Origin: Octopus vulgaris | Taxonomy: Eukaryota | DNA: 64,000 nt | NCBI GenBank assembly: GCA_951406725.2 | Contig: OX597819.1 | Location: forward strand, 39,618,001 to 39,682,000 | Reading direction: 5' to 3' | Part shown: positions 1-12,410 of the stretch, piece by piece | How positions within the stretch are numbered: position 1 is the first letter of the stretch | Layout: each line of letters begins with the position of its first letter | Notes under the pieces: model-generated | What the model saw: the letters and a program-made list of their open reading frames with translations, nothing else | What the model was told of the DNA's origin: nothing | Databases searched by the model: none | Translations under genes and position numbers: made by a program

Positions 1-504
1 TCTAGATGCAGTCAGGATGTCTGCGTGTGCAACAGTAGTACTGTCCCAGATGTTAATTGCTCATAGGGACACCGTTTTTCGTTATGCAACCGTGATACAT
101 TACCAAGTATATTAAAGATTTATGAGTCAATACTGTGCTCCACGTCTGTTAGCAGTGCGGTTAAATCACTTTTTAAAGTTTTTCCTACTGTGCTGGCTAT
201 AATTTTCGTAGAAAATCTGTAGAAGTAACTCTATGAAGTACGGAGTGGGAGCGCTAAGCAGTGATAAATATAAACGCTATGTTACTACCAGTCCACATAT
301 GCTTGAGGCACGTTCAGACTGAAGAACTAGCCAATTCACTGTTTAGTCATGAAGAAAATTTTTCGCTGTAGAGAAATGGTGTGGATATACCTAGATCAGG
401 TTGCAACGCGAGAGATGCCAGCATTTCAGAGTAGTTGTCTCCTCTTCGGTCACAGGTACCAGGCAGGTGACGCTGCGAACTGATCAAAGAGATTATTTCT
501 TTTA

Positions 505-782
505 CTAGCTGGCTCCGTGCCGTCAAAAATGACGGCTAATTGTAGTATTTTATATATAAATATGGATTGTAAATCAAATTAGTACACTTGTCAATGTTCA
601 CATACTTCCCTTGTACATACATACACATACACACATATACTGACACCGAGTTAAAAGCCCTGTTTGATTTTTCTTTTTAGTGTTGATCGTTCGCCATCCC
701 ACCAGTTTGCCATCACATCACCCCTTCCTTTCCCATTCATATGTTGTGAAGGAGAAAAACACAAGAGTATTACTATAGTAGA
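505..782 (-). mobile_element. Short non-autonomous Helitron (~280 bp)
   Basis: On the minus strand it starts A|TCTACTATAG (782) and ends with hairpin GCCGTCA-TTTT-TGACGGC (519-536), a 10-nt spacer and CTAG|T (508-505). This gives the TC...CTRR termini, subterminal hairpin and A/T insertion site typical of Helitrons. Confidence 0.75.
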
Positions 783-2364
783 TGCTATTTCAGTTACCGT
801 ACGGTGACTGATAGCGCTATGCGACTGTTCATCGTAACTCTATAAAGTAACTCTATAAAATGTCCTAGATGTGGAAACAATACTCACTGTGGGCTTCACT
901 GAAAGCTTTGTAAAATATCAATTTACCTCATCCATCGTAAACCCTGGAAATGTTGGTCCTTACTGCAATATGTAAATTACACAGAATTAAACAGAAACGT
1001 TTTTTTAAATCTATATGTTGTACAATAATACCAATGTCCATGAAATTTGGGTTTGCGACTTTGGTTTTCCAATTCTTGGTTGAGCGTTTTCACTTGTTCA
1101 TTGAACATTTCTTTCCGCCAGATACCACTTTTCACCCGTTATGTCTTTCTCAGATTATTTGGAATACAGTAGAAGCAAACCCGAGGGCGAATTCCACAAC
1201 ATAGTTCAGAGTTCATAAATGTATAGTAATAATATAAATACATATATGCAGTTATATATGTGCAAGTATACACACACGTGTATGCATGCATAAGCATAGA
1301 GACACAAACATATCCTCATTTTATTTATTTATTTATTTAATATTTATTTATTTATTACGATTCTTTAAATTTCTCCAGGGAAGAAAGAATCAGTTGGTCT
1401 GTAACAAATTTACACACACAAAAAAAAAATAATAATAATTAAAAGTGATCATATAATTAGATGGAATCAAATAATTAGATGGAGAATTTTTTAAATATCT
1501 TGCACATTTATTTCCGCTCGTCTTACAATTTGAATTTTCAAAACTTGTAATAAATTTTTATTTACTTTGTTTCGAGAATCTCAGTTGTTCGTAGTTTCTG
1601 CCGCCAAATTTACTGACAAAGTTTCCAGTAATCATAGGTACAAATGTGAACCTTTTGTAAGAGTACGAGAATAGCTGTCGGTTCTAAAGCAACTGTCAAT
1701 AATTGTTTCGTTTTTCCTATCGTCGTCTAATAAGATATTTTACATCTGCTTGTTAAAACTGTATTGACTGCAACAAAAATACAGGCTTTCCAAGATATAC
1801 GTAGGCGGTGTGGTTTAACACGACAATCTGACAGTTGGTTACCCTTAGTAAAGTTGAATTTGTTCCAAGCATTCAAACCAGATTTTATTTCCCCCTAACT
1901 CACGTGTTTCTAATCCAAATTGAACTATAGATGTCCATTTCAGTTGGGGGGCTCTGCAATGACCATAAATGCTGTTTCCTCACTGACTAACTAATAAAAA
2001 AAATATCATACACATATTTTAAACAGATCTGGAAGCTTTGCCTATGTTCTTAAAATTCTTCTTGCAAGAAGATATATGTTCAAGATCAATGAATTTTGTT
2101 ATTCTTTAGGACAGTTCATCTCACATGTGACGTTATATATTGTTTCCACAATTCTATCATATTCCATAGGAAGGCAATATACGCATAATAGTCTTAGACC
2201 TGTACTACTTTGCATCCATATCTTGTACTAGGCCCGTAAAAACATAGTGCTTAAGACAATTCGGAATGTAATAGTCAGTGATGGAGGTTTTATACACCAT
2301 ACAATGATGGCCTCATTCTCAATATTAAACATACATATTCAATCTTATTCTTTTATTATATATA

Positions 2365-2410
<46 letters not shown>

Positions 2411-2412
<2 letters not shown>

Positions 2413-2800
2413 CGCAGGAGTAGCTGTGTGGTAAGTAGCTTGCTTACCAACCACATGGTTCCAGGTTCAGTCCCATTGTGTGGCATCTTGGGCAAGTGTC
2501 TTCTGCTATAGCCACGGGCCGACCAATGCCTTGTGAGTGGATTTGGTAGACGAAAACTGAAAGAAGCCTGTTGTATATATGTATATATATATATGTTTGT
2601 ATGTGTGCGTATATGTTTGTCCCCCTAGCATTGCTTGACAACCGATGCTGGTGTGTTTACGTCTCCGTCATCTAGCGGTTCGGCAAAAGAGACCGATAGA
2701 ATAAGTACTGGGCTTACAAAGAATAAGTCCCGGGGTCGATTTGCTCGACTAAAGGCGGTGCTCCAGCATGGCCGCAGTCAAATGACTGAAACAAGTAAAA
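2411..2800 (+). mobile_element. tRNA-derived SINE, family A (octopus-type, CORE-like CTTGGGCAAGT motif), full length
   Basis: Head GGCGCAGGAGTAGCTGTGTGGTAAG with B-box-like GGTTCAGTCCC, internal (TA/TG)n and tail ...GACTGAAACAAGTAAAA. Near-identical copies at 7097, 11191 and 44511. Confidence 0.9.
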
Positions 2801-3056
2801 AAAATATGTGTGTGTGTGTGTGTGTAGGCTCGAAACGTTAAAGACTTTTTCACTTCCCGAGCGTTATACTATAACACATCGTTTTGTTGTCAACACCACC
2901 TGTCTTCGTCTTTTGTTTTTTTGTGATATATATATATGTACATACATACATACATACATACATACATACATACATACATACATACATACATACATACATA
3001 CATACATACATGCATACATACATGTCTTCCCTTCTCTGGATCTTTCCTTCTCCTAT

Positions 3057-3091
3057 GTTTCCGACGAAGAGCTCCGCTCGAAACGTTAAAC
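3057..3091 (+). ncRNA. Minimal type I hammerhead-like motif (family E, core CCGACGA)
   Basis: GTTT-CCGACGA-A-GAGC-tcc-GCTC-GAAA-CG-TT-AAAC: stem I GTTT/AAAC, stem II GAGC/GCTC, palindromic ACGT stem III. It lies in a ~165-bp repeat (3024-3190) that recurs at 48810-49022. Confidence 0.55.
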
Positions 3092-3183
3092 CCTCCTTCT
3101 TTCCTTCTTTCCTGAGCGTCCAATAATAATATATTTGTTCCACATCCTCGCATTTTTGTGTTTTTTTGTGTTTTCTTGTTTGG

Positions 3184-3245
<62 letters not shown>

Positions 3246-3249
<4 letters not shown>

Positions 3250-3363
3250 CCTGCTCGCTTAGCCAGCGGGGTGGCGTCATTCGAAGGCTAAAACAATGCG
3301 AACGCATTGTGACCAGCGATGTGTAAAACATCTGATGGTCTGGTCGGTCACGTGATCACGTGA
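3246..3363 (+). mobile_element. 3' part of SINE family D
   Basis: TTGGCCTGCTCGCTTAGCC... matches the copy at 56128-56250 and overlaps the end of the tRNA-headed minus-strand copy at 63109-63318. Confidence 0.7.
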
Positions 3364-3552
3364 TATATATATATATATTGCTTGTGATTTTCATATTTCT
3401 TGCCGACAAAGAGACGATCTCCAACTTAGTAATAAACCTTGTTTTATTTTATTTATCTTTTTTTGTTTCAAATTTAGACGTCAGCTTGATCAACGATTTT
3501 CAACCGGAGTTCATACGACCCTTGGGACTCCATAAAAGGTTTTATGTTGAAA

Positions 3553-4180
3553 CTAGCCTAAGGTGACCCGCTCTACGCGCGGGTAAGTGTGTGGTTGTTA
3601 CTTTCTGTTGCTTCCTTTCTGTTTTTTATCACCACATTTTCCCTCTTTGTTTCTCTCTCCTTTCTCTCTCACTTTTCCACTCTCTTACACTTCCTTTCTC
3701 TCGGACTCTCCATCGCTTTCTCTTACTCTCTATCTTTATCTATCTATCTCCCATTTATAAACAACAAAAGATCTTGAGTAAGTTGAGAAAGAAAGTAGTT
3801 TGAAAGATCAATCATAAATATCAGGCAGTGACAACGGAAAGGTTTGCTTCAAGGCAGACAGCAAAACACTAACATTTAAAAGGGACTGACGAACTTGCGA
3901 GCTGAATAAAAATAAAAAAATATTGGAAACCAAAGTTTGAAGAGATAGAATCTGAGGATAGTAGAGTCACCATGGCTGGCATTTCTTAACGACGGACAGC
4001 AACGTAGTGGCAGTTTAACGGCTGGCGTAAAATTTTGAACTTGATGTAAAAGAAAATTCCTAAACACCAAGTTTTGAAGTGGTTCTTTCTCACGATAGTA
4101 GACTCACCATGGCAAGCATTCAAAACTTCTTCATGATGGACGGCAACACATTGAAGATTTAAGTCGTATTTAGTAGACAA
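3553..4180 (-). mobile_element. Helitron-like element (3' end clear, 5' end uncertain)
   Basis: Hairpin ACCCGC-tctacgc-GCGGGT (3566-3584) lies ~10 nt from a terminal CTAG|T (3553-3556) on the minus strand, and there is an internal CT-rich tract. The right boundary is a guess. Confidence 0.5.
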
Positions 4181-4369
4181 TAGGAAAATAGAATAAGGAA
4201 ATGAAGGCTCGGGATGTTGTTAAACCATTTATATCTTGACGTCTTCTACATATGTTTCGACCGATGCACCCCAAAAGTGTTTTAGGAGTGCATCCGTCGA
4301 AACATATGTACAGGACTTCAAGATATAAATAGTTTAACATCCCGAGAGTTTATCTCCTTGTTCTATTTT

Positions 4370-4373
<4 letters not shown>
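4181..4373. repeat. ~190-bp imperfect fold-back palindrome containing the 3' half of an HHR in each arm
   Basis: TAGGAAAATAGAA...GATGCACCCC is the reverse complement of GGAGTGCATC...TTCTATTTTCCTA. GAAA-CATATG-TA is at 4299-4310. It abuts (TA)n. Confidence 0.85.
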
Positions 4374-4405
<32 letters not shown>

Positions 4406-5435
4406 ACAGAACAAGAATCTTTTTACTTAAAATATTGCAGCTAAGGATAGAATTTCAAATAAACTATTTAGATTTAGAAAATATTAGCTTTTATTAAAAC
4501 TGAAAATTTGATTACAAGTCATTACTTCCATTTGTTGTTACTTGTTACTTCTATTAAAATTAGAAATAACTCAAAATATTTTTTGCACTTTAAAACAATT
4601 CATTTTTTTAAATGATTAATTAATAATTAGAAATTTGAAAATATGTTATAAAAAATAATTGTAGTACTTAATTAGTACAATAAATAGAATAATACAAAAA
4701 TTAGTTATATATTACAGTAAAATCTACCTATAACAACAAATTCACAGTAAAATTTGCTTGAGTTATTGCCTAAGTTATTGCCAAGTCTTCACATTTTTAG
4801 TCTTGACCCAATACCTATTTTTTACATAATGAATTTGCCTACCATATATACTATTCTACTTTGTGTAAAACTTTAGCTATATTGGTACTTCTGGCTAGGC
4901 TTGAAAAGGGCGACGTTTATCGTTTTAATACTAGAGAGAGTAATTTGAACGGTAAAGGGTTAAACATAAAAAAGATATGATCATAGCTTTGTTGGCTTTG
5001 ACTGGTATGCACAATGAAGACTGACACGGCTAGTAGCAAGAGCCACAGGTTTCAGCATATTTCGTTAAGGTGTGATATTTATTCTCAGCTAAAACTTTGC
5101 TAACCTCGGATGAGCAGAACCCTAGATTTGCTGAGAAATTACTTTACTATTGTCACAAAGCGAAGTTATAGTGAACCGACACCCAGTCTTGGAAACCTTT
5201 GTTGTCATTTATCAGATTTATAAGATGGCAATTAATCAGAGTGCGTGTGGATTTTGTGTGTTTGTGTGTATGTGTTTGTGTGTATGTGTTTGTGTGTGAG
5301 TGTGTGTGTTTGAGTGTCTGTTATCTTCTCACGTCTGCTAGACATTAATCATTTAAACCAGACAAATCAGCTCTTTAGTGAAATAGATATAATTTCCTTG
5401 TTTTCATATTATATTTTTGTGTGGAAGAAAAGAAG

Positions 5436-5466
<31 letters not shown>

Positions 5467-6354
5467 TGTGTATGTGTGTGTGTGTGTGTGAATGAGGGAG
5501 CACGACAACAGTCTGAGAATCAGGCAAAGCTATACAGACAGGTACACATACACAAGCACACCTACATATATAAGAATATATGTATGTATGTATCTATGTA
5601 TGTATGTATGTATGTATGTATGTATGTATTATGTATGTATGTGTGTGTACGTGTGTATGTATATATACATGTATAAATGTATGTATATATATGTATGTAT
5701 GTATGTATATATATATATACACGTTTATGTATATGTGTATGTATGTACAGTGAAAGAAAGAAAGAAAGAGAGAGTAAGAAAGAAAGAAAGGAAGAAAGAA
5801 AGAAAGGAAGAAGGAAAGGAAGAGAGAGGCAGAGAGAATTAGATAGAGGTGAAACAAAGGTGCAGTCAGAATGAGAACGTGTCGAAAAGAATATAGAGGA
5901 CAACTTTACGTTTTTCTTTATATACAGAACAATAAAACGACAATTGAAATAAATGAAAACAAATCTAAAAATCGCTGCATGACTCAGCAAACGAAATAAA
6001 TTCTGTATTGGCAGCTATGACTATATATATATATATTTTTTTTTCTTTCTGATATTGTCTTAAATCTGTTTTAGGTATCTTCAAGGTACGTCAAAAATAA
6101 CAGGTAATAAACGACTGAATGCTATTACAAGGCACAATTTTTAGTTTGCAATCTCTGAGAGATCTGATAACAATCTACACAAAAGTGCGCTTATATTTGA
6201 CAGTGAACTAGAGTTTAGATAGTTTTTTTTTCTCTATTTAAAAAAAATTTTTTTTTGCATTTTATGCACCTGGTGTTAGCGTGTCAACGTATTAGCGTAT
6301 CTTCAAGGCTGCAGAAGCTAGCACAATATTGTGTATATTGAATACTATTTCTGT

Positions 6355-6480
6355 CCAGTTTGACTTTACTTTTCATCCTTTCGGGGTCGATAAAATAAGT
6401 ATCAGTTGTGTACTGGGGTTAATGTAATCGACTAGCCCCCTCCCCCAAATTTCAGGCCTTGTACCTATAGTAGAAGATAT
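6355..6480 (+). mobile_element. SINE family B 3' fragment (Meta-domain-like core)
   Basis: TTTCATCCTTTCGGGGTCGATAAAATAAGTATCAG core shared with the copies at 19823 and 60931. Confidence 0.8.
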
Positions 6481-6481
6481 T

Positions 6482-6843
6482 ATTACCTCCGCCTTAGCGA
6501 AGACGGAGGTATTGTTTTCAGACATGTTTATTTGTCTGTCTGTTTGTTTGTCCGTGGACAAAATATCTCAAGAACCGCTGCATGGATGAAACTTTCAGGG
6601 ATCTTTGCCCTCATGACTAGTACGAACTGATTAGATTTTGGGATCGATCCGGTACCAGACAAGGATTCTGGATTACTTTTCCGGTTTTTATTTTTACTTC
6701 ATTTTTGAAATCAGTCAGGTTCTTTTTAGTATTCTCGTTTGTGAGAGCAGTCGAGTTTACTTCAGATATTCTCATTTTAAAAATTATCTGAGGACGTTGG
6801 TGTTGCCTTGGATTAGGTTTGCGCTCTCTAAGTGCTCTTGTTA
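6482..6843 (+). mobile_element. Non-autonomous Helentron/DINE-1-like element (HINE)
   Basis: 5' TTACCTCCGCC...CGGAGGTA hairpin, (GTCT/GTTT)n microsatellite, degenerate 3' subterminal repeat CCTTGGATTAGGT, 3' stem-loop GCGCTCTCTAAGTGC and T-rich ends. Confidence 0.65.
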
Positions 6844-7096
6844 TTATTATTATTTGATGAAAACTCACAACTTATTTTGCTGGGTATGATGAAAAATGTC
6901 AGCTGTCCACAGCCAGTAGACTAACGTGAAACTTGTTTATTGGTCGTGCTTCAAGAACCCTGCGATGAATTCTTGCAATTCTAAGCAACGCTGATTTTTG
7001 TAGGTGTTTTATTCTTACATTTATACTGATCTTTTTTGAGCCATGTTGGTAGTTGAGTTCTGATACATCCACGTGCGCATTAAAAAGAAATTATTA

Positions 7097-7506
7097 TTCT
7101 TTTATTCTTTTACTTATTTCAGTCATTTTACTACAGCCATGCTGGAGCACCGCCTTTTAGTCGAACAAATCGACCCTAAGACTTATTCTTTATAAGCTTA
7201 GTACTTATTCTATCGATCTCTTTTGCCGAACCGCTATTTTACGGGGATAAAAACACACCAGCATCGGTTGTCAAGCGATGCTGGAGGGGGGGAGACAAAC
7301 ACAGACACAAAGACAAACACACATAAATGTATATATACATATGCGACGGGCTTCTTTCAGTTTCCGTCTACTAAATCTACTCACAAGGTTTTGGTCGGCC
7401 TGAGGCTATAGTAGAAGACACTTGCTTAAGGTGCCACGCAGTGGAACTAAACCCAGAAGCACGTGGTTGGGAAGCAAGCTTCTTACCACACAGCTACGGC
7501 TGCGCC
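7097..7506 (-). mobile_element. SINE family A, full length
   Basis: Reverse complement of the element at 2411-2800. Confidence 0.9.
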
Positions 7507-7573
<67 letters not shown>

Positions 7574-7574
7574 C

Positions 7575-8015
7575 ATTATGATTTTGTTGGGTATGATGGA
7601 AACTGTCAACTGCCCACAGCCAGCAGACTAAGGTAACACTTCTTTGCTGATCATGCTTTAAGAACCCGGCATAGAACTCTTGCAGCTGCAAGCAATGATG
7701 ATTTTCGTAGATGTTCTATGTTTACATTTGTACCAATGTTTTTGAGCCATGTTGATAGTTGAGTTCCAAGTGGGCCAATTACTATTGGTATCACATCCAC
7801 TGTCTTCATTGCCCACACCCTGCGTATTTCCATCTTGAAATCGTCATAGTTCTTTTTTCTCCTTGATCCTGTTTTCATCAGAACATGCTATGGCGATTCT
7901 CATGCAAGCTTTTCTCTTTTTCATTCACCACAACAATGTCAAATTTCCGGCGCTTGATTTGATGGTCACACTGAATCATTGCATCCCAAGGATTTTGCGA
8001 TCTTCATTCTCTGTA
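7575..8015 (-). pseudogene. 3' end of an R4/Dong-type non-LTR retrotransposon (restriction-like endonuclease C-terminus)
   Basis: Translation ...YDDFKMEIRRVWAMKTVDVIPIVIGPLG...LRKSSLLAAARVLCRVLKA* followed by a (TAA)n tail at 7507-7575. A more decayed copy of the same end is at ~6860-7085. Confidence 0.75.
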
Positions 8016-8021
8016 ACTCAT

Positions 8022-8535
8022 TTATTATTATTATCATTATTGAATGAGAGAGCAGTGCATGCCATCTAATGACACTGGAGTAAGATATACGAAGCCTGGT
8101 ATACCCATCATGACTACCCGTCTGATAAGGGTACACCAGGCACATGCATCACAACCATATGTGCGCGACATAGTGAACTCATATCAAGGTAAACATCACA
8201 TGATCTTGCAAGTGGGACCCAGTTAGAATCTTCTTCAGGTCGAGTAGTCCATCCCGCTCAAGAGGTCTCTGAATAAAGGCTGCTTAAGGATGATGAACGA
8301 ACCGCCCATATTTTCTGAGCTGAATTATTCAAACCTCAAATGATTCCTCTCAGCTATGATGATCTCCCACTACTTCTGCTTGTGATCAGAAATGCACATA
8401 TCATCAGCCACAAAGGGACATGCTCAACTGACAAGCAAATCTGTGGTATTGAGCAGAATATTTGATGAAGTCTGATTTTCATACCAAGAGAAAGCACGTA
8501 CATGTTAACACTTCCAATCAGTTAAGATCAGAAAG
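8022..8535 (-). mobile_element. Probable retroposon 3' portion with (TAA)n tail, unclassified
   Basis: Higher-GC block ending on the minus strand in a TAA repeat, with no recognisable ORF. Confidence 0.4.
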
Positions 8536-8766
8536 TTTCAATCAAATTTCTACTGCATCACCTTCGACACCTCTTTGTTCCTGAGATGTATGCAATATTT
8601 TGTGCTCTTGTTTCCTTTTGTGGGGAGGGCGTGGAGGAGTGCAAACTCTTCCCAGTATAGTATTGCATCAGGTTTTGCAGTATTATGTGGTATTAGTATT
8701 TGTATTGTGTGTTGTGTGTCATGCGAGTTGCGTTCTGTTGAGTATCCGACCTGTAGAGTACATGTA

Positions 8767-9026
8767 AAATTAAATAAATGCGCCCTTTTAAAGCCTAGCC
8801 AGGCTCATGGGCCCGGTTTCCCGGTTTCAATGGTGTATGTGTTCGCCAGCTGGACGGGACGCCAGTCCATCGCAGCGTTACTCATTTTTGCCAGCTGAGT
8901 GGACTGGAACATCGTGAAATGAAGTGTTTTGCTCAAGAACACAACGCGTCGCCCGGTCCAGGAATCGAAACCACAATCCTACGATCATGATGCTGACACC
9001 GTAACCACTAAGCTACACGCCTCCAC
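8767..9026 (-). mobile_element. tRNA-derived SINE family C (V-domain-like core) with 12-bp TSD
   Basis: Minus-strand head GTGGAGGCGTGTAGCTTAGTGG...GGTTTCGATTCC and core CTGCGATGGACTGGCGTCCCGTCCAG. TSD AGAGTACATGTA at 8755-8766 and 9027-9038. Partial copy at 28580-28700 (+). Confidence 0.9.
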
Positions 9027-9249
9027 AGAGTACATGTAGGTTTTTTATTATTTTATTGCATATTTACTGTATAGAGGGTGTATTGTGTTTGTGGATTGAT
9101 GTATCTGGGTTGTACTATGGCGTGGGTTATTCCTAGCAGAGCAATTTTGGGGGATAGTGTGTAGTGTTGAGGGTTCTGATATAGCTTCTACGTTTTCACT
9201 CATACGATTTTTATCACTCCCGGCATGTTAACGAATAAAAATTCCCCCT

Positions 9250-9358
9250 ATATTGAATACTTCAATTTCAAGATCTTTGTACTTTGACAATTTCTCGACT
9301 ACGTTTTGGGTAATATATTGGTCAGAAGGAACAGCAATGTCAGACGAGACTGCAATGC
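9250..9358 (-). pseudogene. R4/Dong-type endonuclease fragment
   Basis: DIAVPSDQYITQNVVEKLSKYKDLEIE matches the D..VP.D......EK..KY.DL motif of RLE LINEs. Confidence 0.6.
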
Positions 9359-9410
<52 letters not shown>

Positions 9411-9607
9411 GACAATGAATATATACATTTTGTATATGGTTACACACAAGCATGTCTATAAATTGTGTGCGGATGTGTATACATATATTCATTTATGTAT
9501 GTATATGTATGTAATATGTATATATGTATCTGTCTTTCCGTCTGTCTATCTACATACACACACATATACATACACGTGCGTGCGTGTAGGTGTCCGAGTG
9601 TGTGTGT

Positions 9608-9668
<61 letters not shown>

Positions 9669-9835
9669 AAGACAACCCACAGCTATAATTAAACAATGCT
9701 ATTTATTAACACACATAGCAAACTGACAGCTTCCCGGCGATGACTTTACAAATCTCTATACAACTCCAGTCAGCCAAAAAATTCGTCAATTTAGCCTGAC
9801 ACAGACTTATTCCTTCGTTATTTACATTCTATATT

Positions 9836-10282
9836 GACGTCGTCGTCGTCGTCATCGTCGTTGTCATCATCATTACCATCATCATCATCATCACCATCAT
9901 CTTCGTCGTCATCATCGTAATCATCACCATCGTCGTCGTCACAATCCTCATCATCGTCATCATCATTAGCAGCAACTGTAGCAATAGTATCATCGCCATT
10001 GTCGTTGTTGTCAATGCTGTCGTCATCATCGGCATCATTGCTCCCTCATCATCATCGTCATCGTTGCTGACGTCGTCATCATCGCCGCCATCCTCGTCGT
10101 CTTCGTCGTCGTCGTCGTCGTCGTCGTCCTCGTCGTCTTCCTCGTCGTCGTCATAATGATCATCGTCATCAGCTTCACCACAGTCACCGATACAGTCGCC
10201 ATCATCGTTGTCGTCATTGTCGCCGCCATTTTCATCATCTTCGTCGTTGTTGTCGAAGCATCAATCCTTATCATCTTCATCT
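9836..10282. repeat. Degenerate (GTC/ATC)n trinucleotide tract
   Basis: Direct inspection. A similar tract is at 43150-43400. Confidence 0.9.
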
Positions 10283-10381
10283 TATTTCTCTATCATTCTA
10301 GGCGTTAGATATAACAGACAAATTATAACTAGCTGTCTCGTGAAAGAAATTACCATATTGGATAGACTATATAATGCTAGA

Positions 10382-10573
10382 TACTAGGGGTGCTGTAGAG
10401 TTCCTGACTTTGAGTAAAAGAAAATACAGGAGGATCAGTTAATTATGATTTTTTTCAACATATTCCGCGCCCTTATTTTTTCTAAGCCCTGTAAAAGAAC
10501 TCAGAAGTTTGGGCTTCCAACTAGGCCTTTCGCAATACCCTTAAAATCAGGAAAGTTTCAGCACCCCCTCGTA
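10382..10573. mobile_element. Mariner-type MITE
   Basis: TA-flanked TIRs CTAGGGGTGCTGTAGAGTTCCTGA / TCAGGAAAGTTTCAGCACCCCCTCG. A second copy is at 53223-53431. Confidence 0.8.
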
Positions 10574-11037
10574 CATAATGGTCCAGAAAAGTACGGGGTT
10601 GTCATGTCTGGAACGCCTTTAAGGAGAACGTGTCTCTTCGGTCATGGCTCATCTGATGCTAAACAATAAGACCGAGACATAACAGATTTTAAGGCAGGCT
10701 CCACAACTACCTACCATTATATTTTCTTTTATTCTTTCTCCTTCACTCGCCTCAGTCACTGGACTGCGACCATACTTGTGCAACTCGACCATACTAGGGA
10801 TCCATACAAGTGTTTTGTCGAACAAATCGACTCCACTGCTTATGTTTTCTTCTTTTTTAAGTTTGGTACTCATTCTATCTATCTCTTGTGCTCAACTGCT
10901 AATGTACGGACGTAAACAAAACAATACCAGCCGGCAATGGGTTCTAGGGCACACAGACACACACACATGCATGTATTATATATATTTATATGGTTCAAAT
11001 GTACGAAAATAAAAGGCAGATAGGTGTCGTGATCAAC

Positions 11038-11113
<76 letters not shown>

Positions 11114-11190
11114 GTAGATATATGTATATATATATATCTATATCTATATCTATATCTATCTATCTTTCTATCTATCTATATATCTATATA

Positions 11191-11610
11191 CTCTTTTACT
11201 CTATTACTTTTACTTGTTTCAGTCATTTGACTGCGGCCATGCTGGAGCACCGCCTTTAGTCGAGCAACTCGACCCCGGGACTTATTCTTTTGTAAGCCCA
11301 GTACTTATTCTATCGGTCTCTTTTGCCGAACCGCTAAGTAACGGGGACAGAAACACACCAGCATCGGTTGTCAAGCAATGCTAGGGGGACAAACACAAAC
11401 ACACAAACACACACACGCATATATATATATATACATATACATATATACGACGGGCTTCTTTCAGTTTCCGTCTACCAAATCCACTCACAAGGCTTTGGTC
11501 GGCCCGAGGTTATAGTACAAGACACTTGCCCAAGGTGCCACGCAGTGGGACTGAACCCGGAACCATGTGGTTGGTAAACAAGCTACTTACCACACAGCCA
11601 CTCCTGCGCC
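11191..11610 (-). mobile_element. SINE family A, full length, low divergence
   Basis: Reverse complement of the family A consensus, with tail repeat (TTTTAC/CT). Confidence 0.92.
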
Positions 11611-11616
11611 AATATA

Positions 11617-11652
<36 letters not shown>

Positions 11653-11814
11653 TGTATGTATGTATGTATGTATGTATGTATGTATGTATGTATGTATGTA
11701 TGTATGTATGTATGTATAAAGCTACGAGCTGTGTAGATAATACTGGTTCGACTTGGTGCCTCAACTTAAGTACCTAATTCAACTGAATCTTAATTATTTA
11801 TGTATCGACATACA

Positions 11815-12135
11815 TACAAGGTGGTGCAGAGAGGGCGGATGTTTTTGAAATGGCTATTATTCAACCCCAAGGAGAGGGACATATGTCTGACAGGTACCAT
11901 TTGGTCCGTGGTGTCTCAGCAATTTTTTTTCTTTTCAGGTGAAGCCATGGCGCTGTTTGCCTACAACAGTTACGGGAAGATTAACGAGTCTGTCACTGCA
12001 GTCCAGTGTGAGTTTCGGCACCACTTCAGCTTTCACCGAAATCAGGCTGTTCTCACCCGTGACACAACCGTACGCTAGGTGAATGCACTTCGTACACGAG
12101 GTACAGTAATGAATAGGAGACTAGTAGAAGTGCCA
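11815..12135 (+). pseudogene. Tc1/mariner-superfamily 5' fragment (N-terminal HTH)
   Basis: TACAAGGTGGTGC terminus and translation NESVTAVQCEFRHHF...TRDTTVR*VNALRTRGTV. Confidence 0.55.
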
Positions 12136-12346
12136 ATTTTTCGCTGGCTAAGACCAGCATCAGATTGCCCTCTTTGAAAATCTGACAGTTCTGCTGAATT
12201 TTTTGTGTGTGGCATGGTTACTCTTCGCAAATGCTTAATATAATGGCACCTGGAATGAAAAAGAATAATTACATTGTAAATTATACACCTCTGAAAATAT
12301 AATAAGACGCTTAGATCAGAAATTTTGAAAATTAAAGGTGTACGTT

Positions 12347-12350
<4 letters not shown>
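12135..12350 (-). pseudogene. Tc1-like 5' fragment
   Basis: MPHTKNSAELSDFQRG...LSQRKI resembles a Tc1 transposase N-terminus. The terminus TACAAACG abuts (TA)n. Confidence 0.5.
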
Positions 12351-12393
<43 letters not shown>

Positions 12394-12410
12394 TTTTGGG
12401 AAAGTGATTT

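Noticed and set aside
4940-4963. piggyBac-like end AAAGGG-TTAA
   Set aside because: I could not find a matching opposite terminus.
8940-9026. tRNA-like sequences (also 2411-2485 and 63240-63318)
   Set aside because: These are SINE heads continuing into SINE bodies, with a TSD at the 8767-9026 copy, not tRNA genes.
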